64,000 nt of DNA from Cytophagales bacterium (GCA_038205685.1 JBBRBQ010000002.1:108548-172547); one strand, 5' to 3'; positions 27,840-39,400 are shown, numbered from the stretch's first letter. Numbers and translations are program-made. The notes: generated by a model not told the origin, from the letters alone.

Positions 27840-27913
27840 TGAATAGTTGATGGTGAATAGTTGATAGTAATTAGCTGACATTGCCACAACTACCCACTAA
27901 CAACTAGCAACCA
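27840..27913. repeat. Short-period (7/14-nt) intergenic repeat hairpin
   Basis: tgaatagttgat x2 at period 14, then caactac/ccactaa/caactag modules. Confidence 0.55.
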
Positions 27914-29158
27914 ATGAATCGAAAGCCCTTCACACAAGAAACTCCAATCCGCAAAGGCAATCCAAAAGAACTGCACAGAAACTTATGCGAAGCAGTGATT
28001 AACGGATTGGATTCCATTTTCGTAGAAGGCCGCTATGCTGATAAAGTGATTGAGAAAATATTAAAACAAAATCCAAAATGGGGTGCGCGTGACAGGCGAT
28101 TTATTGCAGAAACTACCTATGATATTGTGCGTTGGTACAGATTGTTTCGCGTGCTTACCAAAACAGATGAAAAAGATTTTTGGAGCTTGCTCGGTGCGTG
28201 GTGCATCTGGAACAAAGTGGAACTTCCGGTGTGGGAAGAGTTTGAACATCTTAGCAAAAAACATTTTTGGGAAAATTATGACAAAGCAGAAAACACTCGC
28301 AAGCTAAGAGAGTCGCTACCCGATTGGCTGGATGAATTGGGCGAAGCGGAACTTGGCAAGCAGTGGGACAAAGAAGCCACTGCCTTGAATGAGCAAGCGA
28401 AAGTTGTATTGCGCGTGAACACGTTAAAAGTTTCTCGAGCAGCCCTTCAGCATCAACTAGAAGTTGAAGAAGGCATTCAAACAGAAGCCCCTAAAGAATT
28501 TAAAGACGCATTGATATTGGCCGAGCGACAAAACATTTTTACCCGCCCACAATTTAAAGATGGCTTGTTTGAAGTACAGGATGGAGGCTCGCAATTGATA
28601 GCACCCTACTTACAAGTTCTGCCAGGTATGCGAGTAGTAGATGCCTGCGCGGGTGCTGGCGGCAAAACGCTGCACATTGCTTCGCTGCTAGAAAACAAAG
28701 GACGCATTATTGCATTAGATACCGAGCAGTGGAAGTTGGATGAACTAAAAAAACGGGCGCGCAGAGCAGGCGCTGGTAATATTGAAACACGTTTGATCGA
28801 TTCATCGAAAGTAATAAAGCGATTGGAGAACTCGGCAGATCGTGTATTGTTAGATGTGCCTTGTTCAGGTTTGGGTGTACTGAAGCGTAACCCGGATGCC
28901 AAGTGGAAACTTTCGTTGGAATCCATCAACGAAGTGAAGTTGCTTCAACAAAAAATATTAGCTGATTATAGTGTAATGGTGAAGCCGGGCGGCATGATGG
29001 TGTATGCTACCTGCAGTCTGTTGCCTTCCGAAAACAAGGAGCAAGTACAAAAGTTTCTCACCACACATGGCGACCGTTTTGAATTTATAAAGGAAGAGAT
29101 GGTCTATCCATCGCAAGGCTTTGATGGATTTTATATGGCGTTGTTGAAGAGGAAATAA
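27914..29158 (+). CDS. RsmB/NOP2 family RNA m5C methyltransferase
   Basis: EVQDGGSQL, DACAGAGGKT, DVPCSG and YATCS (both catalytic cysteines). Confidence 0.92.
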   Translation: MNRKPFTQETPIRKGNPKELHRNLCEAVINGLDSIFVEGRYADKVIEKILKQNPKWGARDRRFIAETTYDIVRWYRLFRVLTKTDEKDFWSLLGAWCIWNKVELPVWEEFEHLSKKHFWENYDKAENTRKLRESLPDWLDELGEAELGKQWDKEATALNEQAKVVLRVNTLKVSRAALQHQLEVEEGIQTEAPKEFKDALILAERQNIFTRPQFKDGLFEVQDGGSQLIAPYLQVLPGMRVVDACAGAGGKTLHIASLLENKGRIIALDTEQWKLDELKKRARRAGAGNIETRLIDSSKVIKRLENSADRVLLDVPCSGLGVLKRNPDAKWKLSLESINEVKLLQQKILADYSVMVKPGGMMVYATCSLLPSENKEQVQKFLTTHGDRFEFIKEEMVYPSQGFDGFYMALLKRK

Positions 29159-29195
29159 GATTAAGTCGCCAATGGAGGAATTTTATTTTCCCTTG

Positions 29196-29390
29196 CTACG
29201 ACTCATCTTTTGTGGTTCTCACTAAACTCATGCCTGCGATAAAGAAAATGATTCCAAGAACGCCAAAGATAATCATGCCCCGAATATCTCTGTTGGCCCC
29301 AACGGTATTCATAAAAAGTATGGCCGTGTAAATTAGCCCGCCAATGCCAAGCATAGTAAGAAGGCCACCAAAAATTCTTTTTAAATTCAT
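29196..29390 (-). CDS. Small 2-TM membrane protein
   Basis: 64 aa, two hydrophobic helices, AT-rich translation initiation region. Confidence 0.75.
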   Translation of the reverse strand: MNLKRIFGGLLTMLGIGGLIYTAILFMNTVGANRDIRGMIIFGVLGIIFFIAGMSLVRTTKDES

Positions 29391-29657
29391 TTGTTAAAAT
29401 TTAATTTCACGAAGGTTGATCAATTGGCAGAGCAATTAATTATACAGAACAGTTTAAGAGTTACAGAACTTACAGTAACCCCAAATATTCAAATGAAAGC
29501 GGATTTTAGGTGATTTGGTATAAATCTTTTGCTTAAATTAATGGCTATGTCGGGGACTATTGCACCTGTTAGTGAGTTTTTATAAGGAATGATTAAACAT
29601 TGTAATGGTAGCAATAAAGAATATTTTTACTTTTATAAAAATTAAAAATCTATACCG

Positions 29658-30371
29658 ATGAAAACTATTAATCGTATAATAATAGCCGTATTTGCAATTC
29701 TCACTTGGGCTTGCTCATCGGACAAAAAAACTCAAGAAGATAATTCATCTCACGAAGAACAAAACCAAGAATGGGTGTCTTTGCTCAAGGATAATTCCCT
29801 CGATCAGTGGCAAATGTTCAATGGTGGCGAAATGATTGGCTGGAAGGTAATTGACAACGAGTTGCAGGCATCGGGAGCAGGCTGGGACGCCAATCAAGAC
29901 ATCATCACAAAAAATGAGTACGATAATTTCGAACTCTACTTGGAGTGGAAAATCGAACCAGCAAACAGTTCGGGGATCTTTTATCATGTAAAGAATGATA
30001 GTTTGAGTGGGCCGATATATGAATCTGCACCTGAGTACCAAGTCATGGACGATGCCGGTTGGCCTGAAAAGATGAAACCCAACCAATACACAAGCGCCAC
30101 CTATGCCATGTATGCCCCGGAAGGTGCGCAGTTAAAACCGACAGGTGAATGGAATGCCACCAAAATTATAGTTAACAATGCACACGTAGAACATTGGCTA
30201 AACAATGTAAAAGTGGTTGAATACGAATTGTGGAGCGATGATTGGCGCACCCGCAAGTCGGAAGGAAAATGGGCTAAGGTTCCGAATTACGGGATGGCTA
30301 AATCAGGACATATTGGTCTACAGAATGCGGGCAAGGTCGTTTATCGCAATATCAAAGTGAGGCAACTTTAA
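29658..30371 (+). CDS. DUF1080 (3-keto-disaccharide hydrolase-like) lipoprotein
   Basis: Lipobox TWA-C; YDNFELYLEWK, NSGIFY, EYQVMD, GEWN, GHIGLQ. Confidence 0.9.
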   Translation: MKTINRIIIAVFAILTWACSSDKKTQEDNSSHEEQNQEWVSLLKDNSLDQWQMFNGGEMIGWKVIDNELQASGAGWDANQDIITKNEYDNFELYLEWKIEPANSSGIFYHVKNDSLSGPIYESAPEYQVMDDAGWPEKMKPNQYTSATYAMYAPEGAQLKPTGEWNATKIIVNNAHVEHWLNNVKVVEYELWSDDWRTRKSEGKWAKVPNYGMAKSGHIGLQNAGKVVYRNIKVRQL

Positions 30372-30442
30372 GCAAAGCAATTTTTGATTTATGGAATTGA
30401 TTTCATCTTAACTATTCTATTGAGATGCCATAGACCATCAAC

Positions 30443-31849
30443 TTAAATCTTAACCTCCTTCCATTTACCTCTTCTAAAAATAAGAATCCCCGTAACGGCC
30501 ATAATGGATTCTGCTATTGCAATGGCCAAAAACACCCCAAGTGGACCGAGCTTCAACAGTATTGCCAAGCTATAAGCCAATGGAATTTGAAAGCCCCAAA
30601 ATCCTATAAGGTTTAAAATGGTGGGAGTCTTTGTATCGCCAGCTCCATTAAAAGATTGGGTTACAACCATACCGTATCCATACAGTATATATCCAAAGGC
30701 AACTACTTGAAGGCAAAGCGTTCCATTGTCAATAACCAATTGCTCTTGGGCAAAAAATCGCATGATAGGTTCGGAGATAAAGAAGAAGAACAGCGATACA
30801 CATCCTAAAAAGATCATGTTCATTCGGCCTGCAATCCACACTGATTTCTCTGCGCGTTCGGGTTGTTTGGCTCCCAAATTTTGGCCTACCAAGGTTGCGG
30901 CAGCGTTGGCCAATCCCCATGAGGGAAGTATTGTAAAGATAATTACCCGTATGGCGATAGTGTAACCAGCAACAGCGCTGCTTCCAAATGTTGCCATTAT
31001 TCTGGTAAGAAAAACCCAACTGGCAGAGGAAATTAAAAATTGCCCTATGCCACCCAGTGATAGAGTTAACAATTTTACGATGATGTTCCACTCAACGTGC
31101 AAAGTTTGAAGGTGAATCTTAATTACACTCTTGCCACCAGCAAGGTGATACAATTGATACAGCACACCAACACTCCGGCCAATGTTAGTGGCAATGGCAG
31201 CACCTTCCACTCCAAATGCTGGAATAAAGCCAAATCCAAAAATAAAGATTGGATCAAGCACCATGTTGAAAATATTGCCTATCCACAGCGAACGCATAGC
31301 AATTGCTGCATTGCCTGCGCCACGAAATATCGCGTTGATTATAAAGAGAAACATGATGGAGAAATTTCCTATCATCATCCAATGAGTATAGCCAGAGCCA
31401 ACTTGAATAACTTCTGTTGATGCGCCCATCATGGCGAGTAAATCAGTGTGAAAGAAAATTCCTGTAAAGCTTATCAATAAGGATGCGGCCAAGCCAATAT
31501 AGATGGACTGAACGGCTGCAGTACCTGCACCACTTGGATCTTTCTCACCTACACGTCTAGCTACCATGGCAGTGGCGCCCATGCCCAAGCCCATCGCAAT
31601 GGAGTAAACGATGGCCAATAGTGATTCGGTTAAGCCAACAGCCGCCACGACATTGCTATCATTAAGGCGGCTCACGAAAAATATATCAACCACGGCAAAA
31701 AGTGACTCCATTGCCATTTCTAAAATCATAGGTATGGAAAGAAGAAATATAGCACGGTTGATGCTGCCCTCTGTAAAGTTTTGCTCATCGCCTTTTATGG
31801 CTTGTTTAAATAATGTGAATAGTAATCGTATGTTTTTTATGAAATTCAT
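30443..31849 (-). CDS. MATE family efflux transporter
   Basis: 12 TM helices; LSIPMILE, NMVLDPIFIFG, GAAIAT, VGQNLGA. Confidence 0.95.
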   Translation of the reverse strand: MNFIKNIRLLFTLFKQAIKGDEQNFTEGSINRAIFLLSIPMILEMAMESLFAVVDIFFVSRLNDSNVVAAVGLTESLLAIVYSIAMGLGMGATAMVARRVGEKDPSGAGTAAVQSIYIGLAASLLISFTGIFFHTDLLAMMGASTEVIQVGSGYTHWMMIGNFSIMFLFIINAIFRGAGNAAIAMRSLWIGNIFNMVLDPIFIFGFGFIPAFGVEGAAIATNIGRSVGVLYQLYHLAGGKSVIKIHLQTLHVEWNIIVKLLTLSLGGIGQFLISSASWVFLTRIMATFGSSAVAGYTIAIRVIIFTILPSWGLANAAATLVGQNLGAKQPERAEKSVWIAGRMNMIFLGCVSLFFFFISEPIMRFFAQEQLVIDNGTLCLQVVAFGYILYGYGMVVTQSFNGAGDTKTPTILNLIGFWGFQIPLAYSLAILLKLGPLGVFLAIAIAESIMAVTGILIFRRGKWKEVKI

Positions 31850-31933
31850 TGATGGAAATGATTAAGATTGAATATCGATTTTTGATAGTAATGGTGGAAG
31901 CATACTTCTGAATGAAGTGTGTTTCGACAAAAG

Positions 31934-31958
31934 ATATCTTCTTATGAAAAGAAGATAT
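31934..31958 (-). terminator. Possible terminator or operator hairpin
   Basis: Perfect 10-bp inverted repeat atatcttctt/aagaagatat with 5-nt loop; short U-run on the minus strand. Confidence 0.4.
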
Positions 31959-32049
31959 TACGATAAGGTGATCATAGGCTTAACTGTGTTGCATGAGCAA
32001 TCACATTATCAAAGATGATAAAAAATAATATAAGTAAAAGTAAATTCTT

Positions 32050-35000
32050 TCAATCCAACCCAATCATCATAAACGATCCCCAATAGATCGGCTCTGGATA
32101 CTCCACCCGAAGCTCCTTCTTAGCTTCAATAAAACTAGCTCTAAGGTTGCCTGTGGTAAGCCATTTTTTATAAAAATTAAGTATCAGTTTTTGAGTGGCC
32201 TCGTCATCCACTTTAAACATACTCATGATAAGTGTTTTTGCACCAGCTACCAAAAATGCACGCTGCAAACCATACACACCTTCACCATTGCTAACTTCTC
32301 CCAAACCTGTTTCGCAAGCACTTAGTACCACTAAATCGGTTCTATCTAGATTCAAGCTCATGGCCTCATAGGCAGTGAGAATCCCACTTTCTATATTGTA
32401 ATTATATTTCGTTTTATTTAGTAAATCACCCGCACCTTTCAACAATAATCCCGTCTTCAATAGTGGGTTATTTGCAAGCTCAGCCTCTGTTTCTGATAGC
32501 TCACTTATTTCCTTTTTGGCTTCTGTTTCGGGTGTAAACCCATGGGTGGCTATGTGAAATATTTTAGGACTTTCTTGTTCTTTTGCCCGCTCTTCAGTAG
32601 CTGAAGTCTCCACATACTGATTTGTCTTCCAGCCTTTTTGTTTAAGCAATTCTTCTAATTCATTGGCTTCTTTTTCAGTACCAGGTAAAGCCGCTATTTT
32701 CTCATCTGAGGAAGCGGTAAGGTAAAATTTAGGATTGCCAAAAATAGTAGCTTGATTAATGCTTGCAACACTTTTCGATTTTACTTTTCTAAGATAAAGA
32801 TCTTTGGTATTACTTACCATTACGATATTGGAATTATCAATTACGTACTTGCCATCAGGCGTGGGTATCGATTCAAGGATAACCAAATTATAAACACCAT
32901 CGGGCGATAGATAAATAGTAGAGTATTGACCAATGCCCTTCTGGATAGGTTCCCAGAAAGCATTGTAAGAATATTCATCTACCGTTTTGTTGACTATACT
33001 ATTTCTATAATATTTATAAAACCTGCTTTCGAGCCTATACCCTTCAGGTAATTTTATAGCCTTTGGCCTAGCGTTATCATTTTTAACATATAAGCATACA
33101 TACACAATAGAGTCAGTGAATTTATGGTCGAAGTGACGATAGCGCACCATTTCAATAGCCACATCATTTGGTGCAAGCGATTTTTGAACGTTTTCATATG
33201 TAATCTTTTTGTTCTCAAAACTTTGCCCAAACAACTCCGATTTTTCGCTCAATTCTTTTTCTAATTTTTCTACTTCATTACTTAAAACACTTGGGTCGAT
33301 ACTATTTGATGCCAATTGTTGAGGACTCATAGAAAGAGCATTGGTCAACAATTCTTTTTTGGCTAGCCATTCAGTGTATGTTGTCTTCAATGTTTCATCG
33401 GCACTGTTGAGGATCCGCTCTTTTATTTTAATGGATGAGCTTAACAGCAATGCTTTAGTAAGCAACTGATAATTATAAACTTTGGATGTTACATCTCTAA
33501 AATCCTCAATCTTGCTGAATGCAAGCGTATTGTAAAATTCGAAATCGCCTTTTATAGTATTCCAATACTTTGCTTTCTCTCTTTCGCTCAAGGTCGGGAA
33601 ATATTTTTTGATGAAGGCCTCATAATTGGTAAGTGCCTCTTCAATATTTCGTTTGGCTTGCTTGTAGTCTTTGCTCATGTAGTAAACACGAGCTTGCTTG
33701 GAGAGTATCTTCACATATTCTGGATGGGTTTTGCTAAAGAAGGTCTCATACAGATCGCGTGCTTTGAAATAAAATTCTTCAGCCCTTTTATAATTTTTGA
33801 TTTGATAATAGACATCAGCAGTAAGTGTATAGATAGCAGCCGTGTTGATATTATTTTTTGCGCCTGTCTTACTTTTCCAAATAGCCTCGGCTTGTGTGAG
33901 CGAACTGAATGCTTGAGTATAATTTTTATTAGCAATGTAAATAACAGCAACATTCTTGAGCACCTCGGCATACTGTGGATTGTTGGTTCCCAGTTTTTTA
34001 CCTATAATGTCGCGGGCCTCTAGCATTAGCTTTTCTACATCTTGATTATCGCCCTTATTAAATTTTATCAACGCCAGTTGAGCTATTGACTTTGCCACTT
34101 CAATATGGTTACGTCCAAATTGTTTTTCTTGACTGGCCAATGCTTTAAGGATGTTGCTTTGTGCACGATCATAATCACCAATAGTAAAATCAATTTCACT
34201 CAACAACTTTTGTGTGGGTGATGTTTTAGTGGATATCTCGCCATATACACTTACTGCCAATTGATTGGCTCGTATGGCAATTTTTTCTGCTTCCGTATAA
34301 TCACCTTTCAACAATTGAATCCTTCCCATGTTTACAAGAGGTTCAATTAAGCGCAATGTTGTAGTGCCATAAAGCTTTTCATATTCTTTTATCAGTTTTT
34401 TCAACAGGTCTTCAGTATCAGAGTACTCTCCAAGTTGAATGTATAAACTGGAAAGCTCTTTCGCAGTTGTTAATTCATCAATGCCAGCAAGCTTATCTGA
34501 TTTTATAATAATACGAGCAGAGCGGTCGAGCGCATCTTCTGCTTCGTCAAACATACCTTTAATACCAAAAAGCACCGCTTGTGTTTCTATGGCATTGATC
34601 AAAAATATTTTTCTGTCATAATCCGTTCTATATTCTTTTAATATTTTCAATGCTTGGTCAAGGTTTTCTTCAGCTTTTTCATACTGACCTAGTTTGATCT
34701 GTAGCTTTGCAATGTTGGTAAGCTCTATGCCATATTGAAAATCAGTATCACTGTATTTCGATCGGGCTACGTCCAATGCGTTGTCAAGCGTGGCAGTAGC
34801 TTCCTTGAACCTATCTGTAAGCTCAAAAAGAGTAGCCATTTGGTTGAGTATATCTAAATGATCCTTATGCCAAGCCCCGATTTCATTGGCCACAATGGGG
34901 TAGCTTTCTTCATAAATTTTTGCAGCGTCTGTTATCTTATTTGTGAAGTTGACATAAAAATTCGCTAAGCGAAGTTTGGACAAATGCACTTCGGGAGCAT

Positions 35001-36276
35001 CTTCACCATATAAATTTGTTTTGATGGTGATGACGCTTTTAATGTAACTCTCCGCATTCACATAATTCTTTTTTATAATGGCGAGAGTTGTAAGAAAATC
35101 AATTACTTCAGCTCGAGTAATATTATCCTTAGGCAGAGATGTAGTTTGACTGATCAAGACATTGGCATCATTTTCTAAATTTCGAGTTCTGTCTCTATCT
35201 AACTTCGAGTCAAATTCAACAGCTTTTAATCGCACCTTATAAATGCTCTCTTTGCCATAGTTGCCTGTAATCATTTTTTCATACTCTGCTTTCAGATTAA
35301 AATAAGGTGCACCACCCACTTCTATAAGTTGCGACAAGTAATCTTCATATAACCTAATTCCAAGCACATGAGAAGGTTGGTGACTGGCCTTAAGGAATCC
35401 TAATAATCTAATGTAGCTAAGATCGCGTGGGAGGTTTTCATTTCCATTTTCAACTAACACTTCCGCATTGTATACTTGGTTCTTTACATACGCTAAACTT
35501 GTTCTTCCTAAATTTTTATCAATCCAATTGGCGGCATAAGCAAATACGGAATCTGCACTTTTCAAATTTCCTTGGTGTCCAAAGGTTTCGGCTAATTGAG
35601 TTAATAATTTTGCGTATTCGTTGTTGCGTTGAATTAGCTCTTTGGGCGTTAGCTTTCGGCTAGTAAGGTTACCCTTATCATCCACAAAGCTCTCTTGTTT
35701 TACGGCCCGTTTTATATAATAAGGTTCATTCTGTTTTATCAACTCTATTGCTTCTCTAAAAAAGCCTTGCCCTGTTTGGCTTTCGGCACGAGCCAATTCC
35801 CATCGAGCCTTTACACCATCTTTAAAAAATTGACCACTTTCCAATGAGTTGTTGGCTGTAAACAAGTTTTCTTTAGCCAAACGATAACTTCCATTTTGGT
35901 TATAAATTTCACCCACTTGCAGTAACACTAGGCCGTGATTCAGCTTGTTATCTTTGTTAATAGTAGCGCTTGACTGAATGGCATTATCTAAGATTGATTC
36001 TAGCCCAATCACTATCCCTGCAGCGAGTTTGAGTTTAGCCTGGTAGAGATAGTAGGTTGGCGTGTATTGATTGTTGGCTCCCAATTTTTTTTCTGTGGCC
36101 ACCTTAAATTTATCCAAAGCCTTTAAGGCTTTGTTATAACTGCCCTGCTCGTAGCTAGCCTCAATAGTCTCCAGCGTCTTATCAAATTTGGCAAGTGCTT
36201 TATTTGGCTTTTGTGCTAGTAGCGATGGAGTGTAAATGAGAAGTGAGAGAGTTAAAAATGCTATAGAAAGTTTCAT
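32050..36276 (-). CDS. TPR + CHAT (caspase-like) protease, paralog 2
   Basis: 1408 aa; signal peptide (LLA-Q); long TPR array; FHIATHG and VLSACETG dyad. Confidence 0.92.
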   Translation of the reverse strand: MKLSIAFLTLSLLIYTPSLLAQKPNKALAKFDKTLETIEASYEQGSYNKALKALDKFKVATEKKLGANNQYTPTYYLYQAKLKLAAGIVIGLESILDNAIQSSATINKDNKLNHGLVLLQVGEIYNQNGSYRLAKENLFTANNSLESGQFFKDGVKARWELARAESQTGQGFFREAIELIKQNEPYYIKRAVKQESFVDDKGNLTSRKLTPKELIQRNNEYAKLLTQLAETFGHQGNLKSADSVFAYAANWIDKNLGRTSLAYVKNQVYNAEVLVENGNENLPRDLSYIRLLGFLKASHQPSHVLGIRLYEDYLSQLIEVGGAPYFNLKAEYEKMITGNYGKESIYKVRLKAVEFDSKLDRDRTRNLENDANVLISQTTSLPKDNITRAEVIDFLTTLAIIKKNYVNAESYIKSVITIKTNLYGEDAPEVHLSKLRLANFYVNFTNKITDAAKIYEESYPIVANEIGAWHKDHLDILNQMATLFELTDRFKEATATLDNALDVARSKYSDTDFQYGIELTNIAKLQIKLGQYEKAEENLDQALKILKEYRTDYDRKIFLINAIETQAVLFGIKGMFDEAEDALDRSARIIIKSDKLAGIDELTTAKELSSLYIQLGEYSDTEDLLKKLIKEYEKLYGTTTLRLIEPLVNMGRIQLLKGDYTEAEKIAIRANQLAVSVYGEISTKTSPTQKLLSEIDFTIGDYDRAQSNILKALASQEKQFGRNHIEVAKSIAQLALIKFNKGDNQDVEKLMLEARDIIGKKLGTNNPQYAEVLKNVAVIYIANKNYTQAFSSLTQAEAIWKSKTGAKNNINTAAIYTLTADVYYQIKNYKRAEEFYFKARDLYETFFSKTHPEYVKILSKQARVYYMSKDYKQAKRNIEEALTNYEAFIKKYFPTLSEREKAKYWNTIKGDFEFYNTLAFSKIEDFRDVTSKVYNYQLLTKALLLSSSIKIKERILNSADETLKTTYTEWLAKKELLTNALSMSPQQLASNSIDPSVLSNEVEKLEKELSEKSELFGQSFENKKITYENVQKSLAPNDVAIEMVRYRHFDHKFTDSIVYVCLYVKNDNARPKAIKLPEGYRLESRFYKYYRNSIVNKTVDEYSYNAFWEPIQKGIGQYSTIYLSPDGVYNLVILESIPTPDGKYVIDNSNIVMVSNTKDLYLRKVKSKSVASINQATIFGNPKFYLTASSDEKIAALPGTEKEANELEELLKQKGWKTNQYVETSATEERAKEQESPKIFHIATHGFTPETEAKKEISELSETEAELANNPLLKTGLLLKGAGDLLNKTKYNYNIESGILTAYEAMSLNLDRTDLVVLSACETGLGEVSNGEGVYGLQRAFLVAGAKTLIMSMFKVDDEATQKLILNFYKKWLTTGNLRASFIEAKKELRVEYPEPIYWGSFMMIGLD

Positions 36277-36410
36277 TTTGACTGGATTTTATCTACTAAA
36301 ATTTCTTTCAGGTTGTACTAATCTTCTCGGTTATGAAGAAGCTTAGAAATTACAGATGTTAAAGTTACTAAGAAAAAAAGACTTACAACTTTACTTATCG
36401 TGGAATGGTA

Positions 36411-39400
36411 TTAGCCTTCGGTGGAGTGCCTATCCATAAGCTTTTGTAGGATTGATTTTGCTGCTTCTGTTATTGGCGTGCCTGGTCCGAAAATTCCAAC
36501 AACGCCTTGAGAAGCTAGATATTCATAGTCCTTTTCAGGGATTACACCACCAACCACAACCATAATGTCGGGTCTACCAATTTTCTTGAGTGAATTTATA
36601 AGGGAAGGTATCAACGTTTTGTGTGCGCCTGCTAAACTTGAAGCCCCAATCACATGCACATCATTTTCGGCAGCTTGCATCGCCACTTCTTCTGGTGTTT
36701 GGAATAGAGGCCCGATATCAACATCAAAACCAAGATCAGCAAAGCTCGTGGCAATTACCTTCGCCCCACGGTCGTGTCCATCTTGGCCCATCTTAGCAAC
36801 AAGAATGCGCGGCCTTCGTCCATCCAATTTAGCAAACTGATCGGATAGTAGTTGTGCTTCGGTAAAATCTTTTCTATTTTTCATCTCGCCTAAATATACA
36901 CCTGAAATAGATTTGATGATTGCTTTATAGCGACCAAAAACTTTTTCCATTGCCATGGATATTTCGCCCAGCGTGGCTCGGTTGCGAGCAGCCTCTATTG
37001 ATAGCGTTAATAGATTTCCGTTTCCGGTTTCCGCGCAAGCGGTAATCGCATTTAGAGATGCTTCAACATCACTGTTATTTCTTTCAGACTTTAATAAATC
37101 TAATCGTGCGATCTGTTCATTTCTCACAGAAGTATTATCAACTTCCAATGTGTCAAAGTCGGGCTTCTCATCAGTTTGATATTTATTCATCCCAACAATG
37201 GTTTCTTTGCCAGCCTCAATCCTAGCTTGCTTTAGTGCCGATGCTTCTTCAATGCGCATTTTAGGTAAACCACTTTCAATTGCCTTTGTCATCCCGCCAA
37301 GGGCTTCTACTTCTTCTATTAATTTCCATGCTTGCTCAATCAATTCTTTTGTCAATTTTTCGACATAAAAAGATCCACCCAACGGATCGACCACATCAGT
37401 CACACCTGTTTCATTTTGCAGATACAGTTGTGTGTTGCGAGCAATGCGTGCTGAGAAATCGGTAGGCAATGCAATGGCTTCGTCAAGCGAATTGGTATGG
37501 AGTGATTGTGTTCCACCAAGCACTGCAGCTAGTGCCTCGATACACGTGCGCGTAACGTTGTTGTATGGATCTTGCTCCGTTAAACTCCAGCCCGAAGTTT
37601 GGCAATGCGTTCGTAACGCCATTGACTTAGAGTTAGTAGGATTAAACTCTTTTACAATCTTCGCCCACAGGAATCTTCCCGCTCTCATCTTGGCAATCTC
37701 TGTAAAGAAATTCATACCAATGCCCCAAAAGAACGATAGGCGTGGGGCAAAATCATCGATGGCAATGCCCGCTTTCAAGCCTGCTCGTATGTACTCTAAT
37801 CCATCTGCCAGCGTGTAGGCTAACTCAATGTGTGCAGGCGCACCAGCCTCATGCATGTGGTAGCCACTAATGCTGATGCTGTTGAACTTGGGCATGTACT
37901 TGGAACAGTAATCAAATATATCAGCCACAATGTGCATAGAAGGCGCAGGCGGATAGATGTATGTATTTCGCACCATAAACTCTTTCAAAATATCGTTTTG
38001 AATAGTGCCAATTAATTGATCTGGTCTAACTCCTTGTTCCTCCGCAGCCACAATATAAAAAGCAAGTATTGGAAGCACCGCACCATTCATTGTCATGGAT
38101 ACACTCATTTTATCGAGGGGTATTTGATCGAATAGAATTTTCATATCCAATACCGAATCGATGGCAACACCTGCTTTGCCAACATCGCCTGTTACTCGCG
38201 GATGATCGGAATCATAGCCACGATGTGTAGCCAAATCAAATGCAACGGATAAACCTTTTTGCCCAGCGGCTAAATTTTTTCTATAAAACTCATTTGAATC
38301 TTTAGCTGTTGAAAATCCCGCATATTGCCGGATCGTCCATGGGCGGATGGCATACATAGTGGCATACGGCCCACGTGTATATGGAGGCAAGCCTGCCGCA
38401 CCAATTGCTTTTGAACTCTGTTTTACTTGGGTTGCAAAATGATTGTAAGCTATTTTGGAGAAGTTGGGTTTATTTGTTTTAACAGTAAACTCTTCCCATG
38501 CATCTTTACACAATTGTTCAATCAAATTATCCAAATAGTAAGAACCCGCAGTAGGATCAGCTTCCCTTGATAGCATTGCTTCTTCACGCAAAATGGACGA
38601 TACATTGCGAGCCACTCTTGCCTGCATTGAATTGGCCGAATCATGAGGAAGAATGGTCATACTATCGCAACCCCCTAACACTGCTATCAAACCTGAGTAG
38701 GTATTGCTAAGCATCGCGCTATGCGGCTCATAAGCTGTATCTTTTTGTGCTATTGTAGCTCCATTGATCCTACCTGCACAATTAGGAACATCATAAGCGT
38801 GAGCGAGATTGCTCCATAACAATCGCAAGGCTTTTAACTTGGCAATCTCAACAAAAATAGTTGAGCCAATCGGAACTTGAAAGGCAATTGAATTTAATCC
38901 AACGGAAGTTTCTTTGATCTGATCAAATAAGCCTACTGATCGAACAAGCAAATTTGCTATTTCAGCTTGCGCTGATTCTTGTTTGGTACAAATCAAACCC
39001 AGTGGACGAAAATTTTTCCAAGCCAGAAATTGATTTGCTAATTCATTTGGATTGGCAATAGCATCTTTCCAAAATAATTCTCCTACAATTTTTTCTGAAT
39101 CATATTTTTTCTGTTGGAGATATTTTTGAAAGCTATCAACCGTATTTACTTGTTCACTGCTTAAAACAAAAGAAACTGAACAATACTCTAATTCCATCGA
39201 ATCAAGCAAAAGCGAAACATCGCAATTCTCGACCAACTCAAAAATAATTCCATCAGCACCTGATTGTAGATGTTGAAGTGCCAGAGAGTTGGCTTGTTTG
39301 GTATCACTCACTGCTACCAATGGAGTATTAAGCCACTTTCTATTGCCTAAGTATGGATCATTGGAAGAAGTAATTGAAGGAAAAATTTGCTGTCGATCGC

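Noticed and set aside
23888-36276. CHAT proteins as type III-E CRISPR Csx29
   Set aside because: No Cas7-11, Csx30, Csx31 or array; the proteins are larger and carry signal-like segments
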